DNA of 64,000 nt from IMG/VR virus record IMGVR_UViG_3300037336_000025, positions 32,001-96,000 of that record; one strand, 5' to 3'. The notes beneath the pieces are model-generated. The model made no database searches and was not told where the DNA came from. It was given only the letters and a program-made list of their open reading frames with translations. The position numbers were made by a program, and so were the translations under genes. This DNA comes from a virus. Position 1 is the first letter of the stretch. Each line of letters starts with the position of its first letter. Shown piece after piece: positions 9,878 to 19,375 of this stretch.

Positions 9878-10737
9878 ATTAACCTCAATAGAGATTTTGC
9901 ATTTCTCACAATGCTTTCTTTGTTCATAACATGCACATCGATATCTTTAATTGCTGCTGCGCAAAATTTATCGTTTAAATTTGCATTGATTAGAAAAATT
10001 AATTTTCCAGAGTCGTCTACGCTGTGTAATATGTCTTTGTCAATAGCAGTTAATAACTTTGGCAGGCTAATGCGTTTATCAGTTTTAAACCCAAAAAGTA
10101 TGTGATTAGCAACACTAAATGCAATATCATTTCGATATTGTTTTGTATCAAATCTAAACAGATCTCCGTAGTATTGATAGTTTTCTCTAACGAAATTTAC
10201 TAGGTCAAAAAATCTTTTTCCGTTTTTATTTTTAGTAAACATCACAGTGGTAGCCCAAAACATGTGTACTCCAGTATCAGAAATATACTTGTCATGATAA
10301 CCCATGCGTGATTGGCTGTAAAAATCTAACATTGATTCTGCTATTAGGACATCTTCATCTACTTCCCAATATTCATTTAATCTATCTGAAAATATTAAAA
10401 AATCACTATCAAGCAGTAATGTCCTATCATACGGTGTTAGGTCGTAGGCGCTGGCACGATTAGAATTTACAAAAGGCACGATTTTCTTACTTGTACCATC
10501 ATGTAGATTGCGATAGTTATTAGTAACAGGTTTTTCTACTTGGATAATTTGATCAAATACTTCTACAGCTCTACTATAAATGTTAGAAGTTTTCATCCAC
10601 TCAATAGTAGATTCATCACTAACTAGAGATACTGGGACTTGTAAATTCTTTTTAACTAGCCCTGCAGATATTACAGACAGTAAAGCGTAATCAACCTCTC
10701 TGTTATTATGTGCAAATATTAGTGCGCCGCATTTCAT
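9874..10737 (-). CDS. GT-A fold (GT8-like) glycosyltransferase
   Basis: TPYDRTLLLDSDFLIF DxD, FWATTVMF, RNDIAFSVA. Confidence 0.55.
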   Translation of the reverse strand: MKCGALIFAHNNREVDYALLSVISAGLVKKNLQVPVSLVSDESTIEWMKTSNIYSRAVEVFDQIIQVEKPVTNNYRNLHDGTSKKIVPFVNSNRASAYDLTPYDRTLLLDSDFLIFSDRLNEYWEVDEDVLIAESMLDFYSQSRMGYHDKYISDTGVHMFWATTVMFTKNKNGKRFFDLVNFVRENYQYYGDLFRFDTKQYRNDIAFSVANHILFGFKTDKRISLPKLLTAIDKDILHSVDDSGKLIFLINANLNDKFCAAAIKDIDVHVMNKESIVRNAKSLLRLI

Positions 10738-11084
10738 AGATCTAACAATTTTTCTACTGATCTACTTTTTTTTAACTCTTGGTATTGATCGTAGTACTCA
10801 AAAGTAGTAGTATAGTATCTGTCTAAGATTTTATCGCGGAAATCTTCGAGATTAGTAATAAGAATAGGATTATCGTTTGAATCAATTAACGGCACGCCTC
10901 CAGTGCGCCCTCTATCTACTAACATTTGCACATAGGCAATTAGAGATTTATCAATTTTAAAGATGCCTCCGCTAACGCCGTAAGTTAGTTTGGCTTCAAT
11001 TTTTTCTTTAAGTGTTTGTCGTTGGATTGAAAATGTCTGGCGATAATTGGCAAAGTCCAGAGCTTGTTTGAGTTGATCGTCCAT
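10734..11084 (-). CDS. Hypothetical protein (116 aa), first gene after an internal late promoter
   Basis: AGGAG SD at 11091-11095 and TAAATA at 11111-11116. Confidence 0.75.
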   Translation of the reverse strand: MDDQLKQALDFANYRQTFSIQRQTLKEKIEAKLTYGVSGGIFKIDKSLIAYVQMLVDRGRTGGVPLIDSNDNPILITNLEDFRDKILDRYYTTTFEYYDQYQELKKSRSVEKLLDL

Positions 11085-11110
11085 TGTTTCTCCTAATTAA
11101 CATAGCAGTT

Positions 11111-11116
11111 TATTTA
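11111..11116 (-). promoter_or_regulatory. Putative late (gp55-dependent) promoter TAAATA
   Basis: Correctly oriented in the intergenic gap upstream of the glycan cluster; the same hexamer recurs upstream of many structural genes. Confidence 0.55.
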
Positions 11117-11143
11117 TTTGCGATGCTGCTAGAGAGAAATATT

Positions 11144-12100
11144 TTAAGCGCTAATTGCACCCAATGTTACAGTAGGATCTTCTACTACAAAACTACCAGC
11201 GCTTGCTGGAACAAGTGTTCCTGTAGCATACAATGTAGAAACTGCAAGGGTTAATGTTCCGTCTACGCTATCGCCGGGTGCAGGTGCGCCTGGATCAACA
11301 TAGTTATCCTGCCAATAGACTAAAAGTTCAATTTGAGAAGCGGTGCCGTTGCTATTATCGGCAACACTTGGACTTCTGGCAAATATGCTAAAAGTGTTTG
11401 CGCCGTATGGACTAGAAGCAGAAGCTGCATACCATGCTGCGTAAGTATTAGATAATCGGTAAAAGTTAGTTCCATTGTTTGGTTCTGTACCAGTTCCAGG
11501 GGCATTCCCGCCAAATATAGGACCTGCACCACCGTTGATAGAACTAACTGTGTTTAACAAATTTGTCCAGCCTGTATTTTGTCCAGATGACGTTCCACCT
11601 GTCCTAGTTGAATTAAATCTTATCTGGCCGCCTGAATTGAAAAAATACCTAGCTTGTGCCGGCGAAGTAAATGTTACAGTAACAACAGCCTGCGCTAATG
11701 TATTCCAACTGTTTCCGTACGGTCCAGGCCATGCGGTGCTCGTACTGCCTTTAGATCGTGTTGCACTTTGACCTGCTGCAATATTAAATTTGTTAGCAAC
11801 GATTGTATTAGCAATTGTATCGTATTGAAAATTTGGCTTGGCTGCGTTGTATCGAACTATTTCGTTTTCTGCAATTGATCCTAAAGACGGTGCGCTACCT
11901 GTTTGATGATAATAGGCATTGTATATATCGAAAAACAAATTCGTCCAATCATTTACTCCTACTTTAGTTGATTGTGAAAGTGCAGAACTTTTAATCAGTT
12001 GTCCGTAGCCTGAATTACCAGATCCTGTGCCTAATATCTCGATAACTTTGTTTCTAATATCGTTATAATCTGCGAATTTAATTTTATCATTTACAGCCAT
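11144..12100 (-). CDS. Virion structural protein (tail/fibre-associated), paralog of 12133-13029
   Basis: Shared blocks DYNxIRNK...G.G..GYGQ, ARYFFNSGG.I.F.S.R, W.xLL..VG and W.DNY...GTL; Gly/Ser/Thr/Asn-rich. Confidence 0.6.
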   Translation of the reverse strand: MAVNDKIKFADYNDIRNKVIEILGTGSGNSGYGQLIKSSALSQSTKVGVNDWTNLFFDIYNAYYHQTGSAPSLGSIAENEIVRYNAAKPNFQYDTIANTIVANKFNIAAGQSATRSKGSTSTAWPGPYGNSWNTLAQAVVTVTFTSPAQARYFFNSGGQIRFNSTRTGGTSSGQNTGWTNLLNTVSSINGGAGPIFGGNAPGTGTEPNNGTNFYRLSNTYAAWYAASASSPYGANTFSIFARSPSVADNSNGTASQIELLVYWQDNYVDPGAPAPGDSVDGTLTLAVSTLYATGTLVPASAGSFVVEDPTVTLGAISA

Positions 12101-12120
12101 GTATTAACTTTCCTCTACTC

Positions 12121-12126
12121 TATTTA
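12121..12126 (-). promoter_or_regulatory. Putative late promoter TAAATA
   Basis: In a 32-nt gap, upstream of the GAGGA SD and ATG 12100. Confidence 0.55.
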
Positions 12127-12132
12127 ACAATG

Positions 12133-13029
12133 TTAACTTGCGGTAATGCTAGATAGTGAATAGCTAGGACTAGTTATTGTAAACGGTGAACCACTAGGTA
12201 TTAGTGTTCCGGTAGCTTTTAATTCACTAATTGCAATTGATAGTGTTCCATTAACTAGATCTGCTGTATTAGCGTAGTTATCTTGCCAAGTTATTTTAAA
12301 AGTAACCGATGTAGCTGTTCCAGTTGAGTTATTAGCAACATTGCATAATGCAGCTAATTGACAAAAATTATTAGAATAAGGAGTACTTTGAGCAAGTTGA
12401 TAAAATGGTTGGTAGCTTGATGTTAGTGTATAAAAATTAGCAAGACTAGGAGTGGCGCCACCGAACGCTTGTGTGCCAACTGCTGCTAATAATTCTGTCC
12501 AAGCATTGTTTTGTGGCGTACTTGATCCTGCAGATCGGCTGCTAAAAAATTGAATTTTGCCACCGCTGTTAAAAAAATATCTAGCTTCGTTTGCTGTGCC
12601 AAATACAATTGTTAAGGTGCATGATGCTTGCGTACTCCAACTGCTACTGTAGGAGGTATTAGCTTTTGATGAAATAATTAATTGGTTAGCTCCGATATTA
12701 AATCTTGCTAGATCTGCTTGAGCAGCAATTGTTTCATAGTTAGTGTTTGGGTTGCTAGCACCGTATCGAATGACATCACCTGGTTGTAAAGTAACAATAG
12801 GAGGTTCAATTCCGTCCTGGTGTGTCTTTACATTTATTAAATCGTATCTAAGTAAATCCCAATGAGATTTAAGGATAGTATTCCCAGACGTCACAGCTGA
12901 GCTACTTGTTGCTTGTCCGTAGCCTCTACTACCAAGACCAGGACCTAATAATGTAACCGCTTTGTTGCGGATTGCATTATAGTCAAGATTTGAAATTCTT
13001 GCAGGAGTCTGTGAATCTAACTTTGCCAT
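12133..13029 (-). CDS. Virion structural protein, paralog of 11144-12100
   Basis: Same conserved blocks as 11144-12100. Confidence 0.6.
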   Translation of the reverse strand: MAKLDSQTPARISNLDYNAIRNKAVTLLGPGLGSRGYGQATSSSAVTSGNTILKSHWDLLRYDLINVKTHQDGIEPPIVTLQPGDVIRYGASNPNTNYETIAAQADLARFNIGANQLIISSKANTSYSSSWSTQASCTLTIVFGTANEARYFFNSGGKIQFFSSRSAGSSTPQNNAWTELLAAVGTQAFGGATPSLANFYTLTSSYQPFYQLAQSTPYSNNFCQLAALCNVANNSTGTATSVTFKITWQDNYANTADLVNGTLSIAISELKATGTLIPSGSPFTITSPSYSLSSITAS

Positions 13030-13030
13030 A

Positions 13031-14803
13031 TTATAGTACCAATACTTCGATTACTTTTGCACCTTCGTCATCACTGCTTTCTAGTGCAACAGCAAATACT
13101 CCGCTTGCATGTGGCGCTGCTATTATAGCACATCCATCATTTGATGCTACTAGCTCGTCACCTTTCTTAATACAACCAACTACTTTACAAGGAACACGCC
13201 CTTTAAGTGCAACATACACACCGCCTTCTAGATCTTTGTTCATCATATAGGCAGGATTGGTACTAATTACTCCAATAGCACGGTTACCTAACATGCTAGC
13301 AGTAACTTCTGCGTTACCGCCAATGCACATAACAGTGCCAGGAGCATATTCTGCATCTGGTAAATATTTTTCTGCCAAGTCAGCGTACCTAGCTGCTGCT
13401 GCTGTTCCTTGAAATATCGATCCATAAATATCGCCTGCACTATCTCTAACTGCAATAGTATTGATATCAGCTGATGTAGAAGAAGATCGATATATTGCTC
13501 CAACTAATAGTTGGTCAGCACTGTTTGATGTTCCTATAAATTTTCTAGCTGTGATATCACCGTCTGTACTTCTAACAGGAATTGAACTTTTATCAGCGGT
13601 ACTAGGCAATGTTACTGATGGGCTGTTCTCTCCTAACTTGCTAGCATTGTCTGAGTTACCAGTTAAGTTTCCTTGCACGTTTCCAAATAATGTTCCTCTG
13701 AGTATTGCACCAGCATAGCCAATTTCTTTTGAGCTACCATTAATCATCACTGTAGAATCAGTTGCTATTAGATTGCCAATATGATTTCCAGTGGAATTTC
13801 CAGTAATGTTACCAACTAAGTTAGCTGTTACTGTAGTTGCATATATGTTACGCCATATTGAACTAGTAGTTCCTAGATCGTATGTGCTAGTCTGTGACGG
13901 CGTTATACCAGTGTCGCTAAACACTGCAACATCTTTAGCAATTGACCCGATTGGGTTCGTGATCCGTACAGTAATTGTTTCGCCAATTTGATTTTCAATA
14001 AGAGCACCTGCGGTTGGATCAATCCAAAGGCGTATGTCGCTATCTACACCGATAGTTATTCCAGCGTCAGTTGCAAAACTAACTCCAGACGTAAACGAAT
14101 TTTCGCCGCGTTGTAAGAACTGGGTTGCCAACACTCCTCCTAATCTTAAAGAGTTAGATGCTGTTCCCCATACTAATTCATCGCTTGACCCTACTCCGGA
14201 GCTATTTGTATTAATTAATGTAATACCTTTCTTGATTACTGTAAATCCAGTAATAGGATTCACTCCGCTGTTAAGCGTAAATTCGTCTTGGCTTACAATT
14301 GCTATAGTTTTGGTTGTCGTGCCGCCGGCGATAAATTTAAGAATAGTATGACTAGTGTTTAACGTATCTTTAACTACTTGGGCAATTACTGAACTTGTAC
14401 CTAAATCTGGACTAGCTGCTGGACCAACTAGTATAAAGTCGGTTCCGGTATATGCATACAACTGTTTAGCAGAGCTATCCCACCAAAATTCACCTATTGC
14501 TAATCCGCTAGGTGCAGTAGCTGCTACTTCGGCGCCGCCGGCAACTTTCCACTTTGCATCTGTCTCATTATAAAACTTTAATTTTTTGTTTGCACTATCG
14601 TACCAAATTTGACCGGTAACTGCTTTAGGAGGTTGAGTAGTATTAGCAAAATGCTCCATTAAATGTAGATAGTTTTCATTTTGCACTTCGCCGTAACCTG
14701 CGTAGTTCTTACCAACGAAACGTAAATCTGTAGTGGAATCGATGGTTCCGTCTGCTACAGATGTTAAAAACGTTCCGTTAAAATTATTTACTTGATATGC
14801 CAT
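13031..14803 (-). CDS. Tail fibre with C-terminal intramolecular-chaperone (peptidase G2-like) domain
   Basis: Shared fibre N-terminal module; GN-rich shaft repeats; C-terminal ARYADLAEKY...GVISTNPAYMMN...VALKGRVPCKV...KKGD.L. Confidence 0.7.
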   Translation of the reverse strand: MAYQVNNFNGTFLTSVADGTIDSTTDLRFVGKNYAGYGEVQNENYLHLMEHFANTTQPPKAVTGQIWYDSANKKLKFYNETDAKWKVAGGAEVAATAPSGLAIGEFWWDSSAKQLYAYTGTDFILVGPAASPDLGTSSVIAQVVKDTLNTSHTILKFIAGGTTTKTIAIVSQDEFTLNSGVNPITGFTVIKKGITLINTNSSGVGSSDELVWGTASNSLRLGGVLATQFLQRGENSFTSGVSFATDAGITIGVDSDIRLWIDPTAGALIENQIGETITVRITNPIGSIAKDVAVFSDTGITPSQTSTYDLGTTSSIWRNIYATTVTANLVGNITGNSTGNHIGNLIATDSTVMINGSSKEIGYAGAILRGTLFGNVQGNLTGNSDNASKLGENSPSVTLPSTADKSSIPVRSTDGDITARKFIGTSNSADQLLVGAIYRSSSTSADINTIAVRDSAGDIYGSIFQGTAAAARYADLAEKYLPDAEYAPGTVMCIGGNAEVTASMLGNRAIGVISTNPAYMMNKDLEGGVYVALKGRVPCKVVGCIKKGDELVASNDGCAIIAAPHASGVFAVALESSDDEGAKVIEVLVL

Positions 14804-14829
14804 GATTCAATAGTCCCAAAGTGTAGTTG

Positions 14830-14835
14830 TATTTA
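14830..14835 (-). promoter_or_regulatory. Putative late promoter TAAATA
   Basis: In a 43-nt gap upstream of ATG 14803. Confidence 0.55.
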
Positions 14836-14846
14836 TTCGAAGCCAA

Positions 14847-15203
14847 TTAAACGATTCTGCTGGCTGCTGTTTCTCGTTGTGACTCTAGTGTTAAGTATTG
14901 TTCTTCTGTTAAACTAGTTGTAATACCTAGTGCTTTTTGTCTAATATGGCGCAACACTTTCCAGTCTGTACTATTAAGGAATTCTCTTTCTTGACCGTTT
15001 GTAATCTCTATTTCTTTTTGCGTAATTACTTCTGCAGAAACAGATAATACATTAGCCGACTCAACATTAAAATAGTGTGTTTGTGACATTATTTGAGCAT
15101 ACTGCTCGTCAGTAATTAAGGTAATACTGACTGTGCTCGGTACTGCTGGCTCGTAGGACATAATACTTGTTACTGCTGCGTTCTCTATACATACATAATA
15201 CAT
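14847..15203 (-). CDS. Putative tail fibre assembly chaperone
   Basis: Small gene directly downstream of a fibre gene; C-terminal REFLNSTDWKVLRH resembles the R-x-x-L-x-x-(S/T)-D-W motif of tail fibre assembly chaperones. Confidence 0.5.
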   Translation of the reverse strand: MYYVCIENAAVTSIMSYEPAVPSTVSITLITDEQYAQIMSQTHYFNVESANVLSVSAEVITQKEIEITNGQEREFLNSTDWKVLRHIRQKALGITTSLTEEQYLTLESQRETAASRIV

Positions 15204-15204
15204 A

Positions 15205-17511
15205 TTATTGACTCCAAATTACTAGGTAGTTTGCTGCTGGTGTAGATCGCTGTTCTGTATTTTGTACATAAACTCGAACTCTATCGCTAAGGTATGAGTA
15301 TGTGCATCGTAAACTGTCGTCTCCGTTCACGCCGCCTGCAAAGTGAATCATGCGGATTGATGGTATAAATGCCACTAGATTAGCCATTGTTTTTCCACTC
15401 GGTGGATATAAATCAAAGTAGTTAGCACCATCATTGAACGATCCAACTTGATTAGTAAACCCTGAGGTACTAAAAGAGGAACCTGAAATAATTTGATACT
15501 GTGGTATCCTGCTGTCAACATATGCTTTTGTAGCAGCATGGTTAGTGGCTACTGGAGTTCCAACCAAAGTTAAATACCCAGTCATTGCGCCGCCTGCTAA
15601 CGGAACTTTTGTAGTGTCTGGAGCCGAGATAGTAATATTCGATGTACCGTTAAACAGCGTACCGTTGATTGTTCTTGCTGTTTGCAGTTGAGTTGCAGTA
15701 GTTGAATTTCCAGTTACGTTACCAGTAACATTACCAGACACTGTAGCAGTTATAGTACCTGCACTAAAATTACCACTGCTATCTCTAGCAACTACTGTAC
15801 CGGCAGTATTAGACGATGTTGCATCAATTGACAGCGTTGTCGGAGTTGATAGACTGTAGGACAATACTGGCGAACCGCTCACTGTGTTAATAAAACTTAA
15901 ATGTGTTCCACTTGATAGAGCCTCTTGACCAATTGCTAGCCAAGATAATGTACCTGCTGCACCGGCAGTTAACACTGTTCCAGCTATCCCGACAGGCAAT
16001 AAATTTGTTGTGCTAGCTGCTGTCTGGTAAGGGATAGATCCTGCTGCGCCGGCTGCTATGTTTGTTGCAGTAGCTGCTAAGGTTGCAGTATCTGCATTTC
16101 CAACTAGGTTGCTAGCATACACTTGATTCCAAACAGCAGTAGGGTGTCCTAAATTAGTAATAGTTCCAGTAGTAGGTATAAGAGCCGGACTATCTTGGCC
16201 GCCTAACGCTAGAGAATCAGCAGATGGAATAAACCTAATGTCTGTGATATTTCCTTGACGGGTATCTACTATGTCAAATTTAATTTGTTTATTACTTGCC
16301 AATCCTCTAATCGTAGGAATTCCGCCTGTGTCGGTAAACATTTTAATACTACTATCAACTTCAACTCCGGTTGCTGCGGTTTTAAGAGATGTTAAAATTC
16401 CAACACTAGTAAGACTTGATGTAGTTACTGCACCATTTAATGTTGTGCCGGTCAATGTGCCTGCGGCAGCGGTAACTGTAACATCTGAAGATCCGTCAAA
16501 ATAAGTTCCGTTAATATTCCTGCCTGTCTGTAACCTTGTTGCTGAAGACGAATTTCCTCTTAATACCGGTCCAATAATTTGAGTAGCTTGTATTATATCA
16601 AATACGCTAGTTCCAGTAGTTGCAGTCACATTACCCACAACGTTGCCAACTAGGTCAGCAGTGATAGTCCCAGCAGCAAATCCGCCTTGGCTATTTCTTG
16701 CTACAACTTTTCCAATAACATTTGCAGAGCTTGCATCAACGCTCCATGTAATCGGCATAGATCCGTTAAAATTAGAACCAGTTAAATAATCACCTCTAAT
16801 TAAATTATTAGAGGTGCTGGCCTGCACTATAATGTCAGATGTGCCGTTGAATCCTATACCGTTAATTGTTCTTAATTCTTCTAATTGACTTGCACTAGAA
16901 GCATTGCCTATAATATCGCCTTTAAATGTTCGAAGTGTTGACATTGTAATGCCTGCTACTACATCTAAAAATCCTTCAATTGTTTCAGATAGTGAAATTG
17001 TAAATGCACTTGTAGAACAGATAGCTGTTACTGTGCCGTCAATAGTCAATAGTATGACGGGATGCCGATTACCATCAATACCTAATACAGTAGTAGACTT
17101 TGCTCGAGTAGTGTCAAATCCTTCAGCAACTTCGGGTCCGATAAATTCCCATGCAGTACCATTCCAGATGTTTAATGTATTGATATCGCTGTCTAACCAC
17201 AATGCACCGTTAGCTGGCTGTTCTGGCGCAGTAGCTGATAATATTGCTGCGCCGACTACAGCCCATGCAGTTCCGTTATACACGTATAGTAAACTGTTGG
17301 TAGAGTTAAACCACGTTTGCCCTTGGATCGGCCTCGATGGCGCCGAATCATTAGAAAAGTTTTCTAATAAGAATACAAAATTTTCATTCTGAGTTTCTCC
17401 ATAGCCAACATAATTTCTGCCAACCAACCCAATGCTAGTAGACGTATCAATTGTCCCGTCTTCAAGGACAACTAACTGCGGTCCACTAAATTTATTAATT
17501 ATATACGACAT
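15205..17511 (-). CDS. Tail fibre protein (768 aa)
   Basis: Shared N-terminal module; three GN.SSA..L...R.INGxxFxG(T/S)xxI repeats; two DA.S.N..G.VVAR.S.G.F.AGTITA repeats; distinct C-terminal tip. Confidence 0.75.
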   Translation of the reverse strand: MSYIINKFSGPQLVVLEDGTIDTSTSIGLVGRNYVGYGETQNENFVFLLENFSNDSAPSRPIQGQTWFNSTNSLLYVYNGTAWAVVGAAILSATAPEQPANGALWLDSDINTLNIWNGTAWEFIGPEVAEGFDTTRAKSTTVLGIDGNRHPVILLTIDGTVTAICSTSAFTISLSETIEGFLDVVAGITMSTLRTFKGDIIGNASSASQLEELRTINGIGFNGTSDIIVQASTSNNLIRGDYLTGSNFNGSMPITWSVDASSANVIGKVVARNSQGGFAAGTITADLVGNVVGNVTATTGTSVFDIIQATQIIGPVLRGNSSSATRLQTGRNINGTYFDGSSDVTVTAAAGTLTGTTLNGAVTTSSLTSVGILTSLKTAATGVEVDSSIKMFTDTGGIPTIRGLASNKQIKFDIVDTRQGNITDIRFIPSADSLALGGQDSPALIPTTGTITNLGHPTAVWNQVYASNLVGNADTATLAATATNIAAGAAGSIPYQTAASTTNLLPVGIAGTVLTAGAAGTLSWLAIGQEALSSGTHLSFINTVSGSPVLSYSLSTPTTLSIDATSSNTAGTVVARDSSGNFSAGTITATVSGNVTGNVTGNSTTATQLQTARTINGTLFNGTSNITISAPDTTKVPLAGGAMTGYLTLVGTPVATNHAATKAYVDSRIPQYQIISGSSFSTSGFTNQVGSFNDGANYFDLYPPSGKTMANLVAFIPSIRMIHFAGGVNGDDSLRCTYSYLSDRVRVYVQNTEQRSTPAANYLVIWSQ

Positions 17512-17532
17512 CTAAGGCGCTCCTGGTTCTCA

Positions 17533-19362
17533 TTACGGTGGAAGGATCGTGTCGGATACCCATACCCAACCGCCTACTCCCAAATAAAATTGTTTAATAA
17601 TTCTTGTTGTAGTGATCGACGGCGATGGCACCGTAGCCGTACCGATTGAATAATTTGTTACTGCCGGTGCAGTTCCTGTCGGGGTATTAAAAGTTGCTGT
17701 CGATTTACCTGCTGCTAACAATGTATTTAAATCTAATGACACAGTGTTGTTAGTTAGCGTAGTACATAAAATTCTTGCAATTGTTCCTACTCTGTAATAG
17801 GCAGTCGGGGCAAGATTATTTAAAATGTTGGTAATAATGTAACTATTTGGCTTACCGTCTGATAAGTCCATGCTGAACAATAAGTTTCGTAGTTCTATAG
17901 TATTATCAACATATTCTTTTGTAGCAGCGTCTTGCTGATCAACAGGATCAGCTAGACCAATAATTCTAGGATCACCAATTAACGCAACATTACCTACGCC
18001 GTCTGGTGCTAACTCAAGATTAAGATCAGAAGGTACTGTTGATATCCTATTATTTTCTAACAGCAGTTGCGGGTCAGCAACTCCTAACGGATACGGTCCA
18101 ACAGTAATTGATAATTGCGTACCAAGCTGATTAACGTTAGGAAAGTTTGTTACAAAAACTGTATCAGTATTAAGTACTGTTACACCATTAATTTTGTATT
18201 CCGGAGCGGGAACTGAATCTGATGTAACTAAATTTATGTGTTCGGAACTGTTCCATGCACGAGATGCATCAGTCCAAGTTAAGGTGTGATCAGTAGTACC
18301 TTTTAGTGTGATTCCACCTCCGTCAGCATTAGCGTTAGATGGACTGTTAGATGCTGCTAATTCAATATTTTTATCATCAACTGTTAATGTTGTAGAGTTA
18401 ACTGTAGTTGTTGTTCCTTCAACTGTAAAGTTTCCAGCAATTGTTAAATTTCCGCCAACATTGACTTGACTATCAGTAGCGCCTTCATATAAGTTAATAA
18501 CCCTAGTCGATGATGATATTACTATGGCTGCATCTGAAGTTGTATCATCTTTATTAACTTGAAATGTTATATTTTTGTTTGATGAAGAATTTGCGATTAA
18601 TACGTTTCCGTTGGATACTTGTAAAATAAGCTCGTTAGCTAATCCAATAACAACTCCAAGATCGTCTTGAATAGTTAGAGAACCGTTTAATTGATTGTTA
18701 GTATCTGTTCTTACATAGGTAGTAGACGGCACGCCACCTAAACTATCTGAATTAGTTGCAGTAACATTAAACTTTAATCCCGATAAGCTGCCAGCATTAA
18801 ATCCTGGACTGATGTTTCCACTAAATCCAATAATTGCATTTTTTGGAGTAAATGCATCTTTAGCAAATATGCCTAATAAAATTCCGTTATTATATAAACT
18901 TGTGATAACACGAGTTTGGTTTAACGTGTCTAAAATACTATCAACTTTTAATCCACTCAACGATTGACTAGCAGAATAAGCCGGTCCTAATAAAATTGGT
19001 GTCGTTCCATCAAAGAAATATAATTGAGCATCTGTACTACTAAACCAAAGATCGCCAATTCCTAATGTACCGGGTTGTGTGCTTGCAATTGTAGCAGAAC
19101 TAACTGGTATAAATGTAGTACCATTATAAACTTTTAATTTATTTTCTGCCGTATCAAACCACAGTTGCCCGGTAATAGGGTGCACCGGACTAGCAGTACT
19201 TGAAAAATGTTCGAGAAGTTTAATAAAGTTTTCGTTAAGAGCTTCTCCAAATCCGCTATAGTTTTTACCGATAAGAGTTATATCTGTTGATAGAGTATCT
19301 ATTTGTCCATCTGCTACTGTAGCAACAATAGTGCCGTCTGTTTTGTTAACTTGATATGCCAT
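17533..19362 (-). CDS. Tail fibre/baseplate-attached fibre protein (609 aa)
   Basis: Shared N-terminal module; GNLTIAGNFTVEGTTTTVNSTTLTVDDKNIEL and LADPVDQQDAATKEYVD fibre motifs. Confidence 0.7.
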   Translation of the reverse strand: MAYQVNKTDGTIVATVADGQIDTLSTDITLIGKNYSGFGEALNENFIKLLEHFSSTASPVHPITGQLWFDTAENKLKVYNGTTFIPVSSATIASTQPGTLGIGDLWFSSTDAQLYFFDGTTPILLGPAYSASQSLSGLKVDSILDTLNQTRVITSLYNNGILLGIFAKDAFTPKNAIIGFSGNISPGFNAGSLSGLKFNVTATNSDSLGGVPSTTYVRTDTNNQLNGSLTIQDDLGVVIGLANELILQVSNGNVLIANSSSNKNITFQVNKDDTTSDAAIVISSSTRVINLYEGATDSQVNVGGNLTIAGNFTVEGTTTTVNSTTLTVDDKNIELAASNSPSNANADGGGITLKGTTDHTLTWTDASRAWNSSEHINLVTSDSVPAPEYKINGVTVLNTDTVFVTNFPNVNQLGTQLSITVGPYPLGVADPQLLLENNRISTVPSDLNLELAPDGVGNVALIGDPRIIGLADPVDQQDAATKEYVDNTIELRNLLFSMDLSDGKPNSYIITNILNNLAPTAYYRVGTIARILCTTLTNNTVSLDLNTLLAAGKSTATFNTPTGTAPAVTNYSIGTATVPSPSITTTRIIKQFYLGVGGWVWVSDTILPP

Positions 19363-19375
19363 ATTTTCTACCTAA

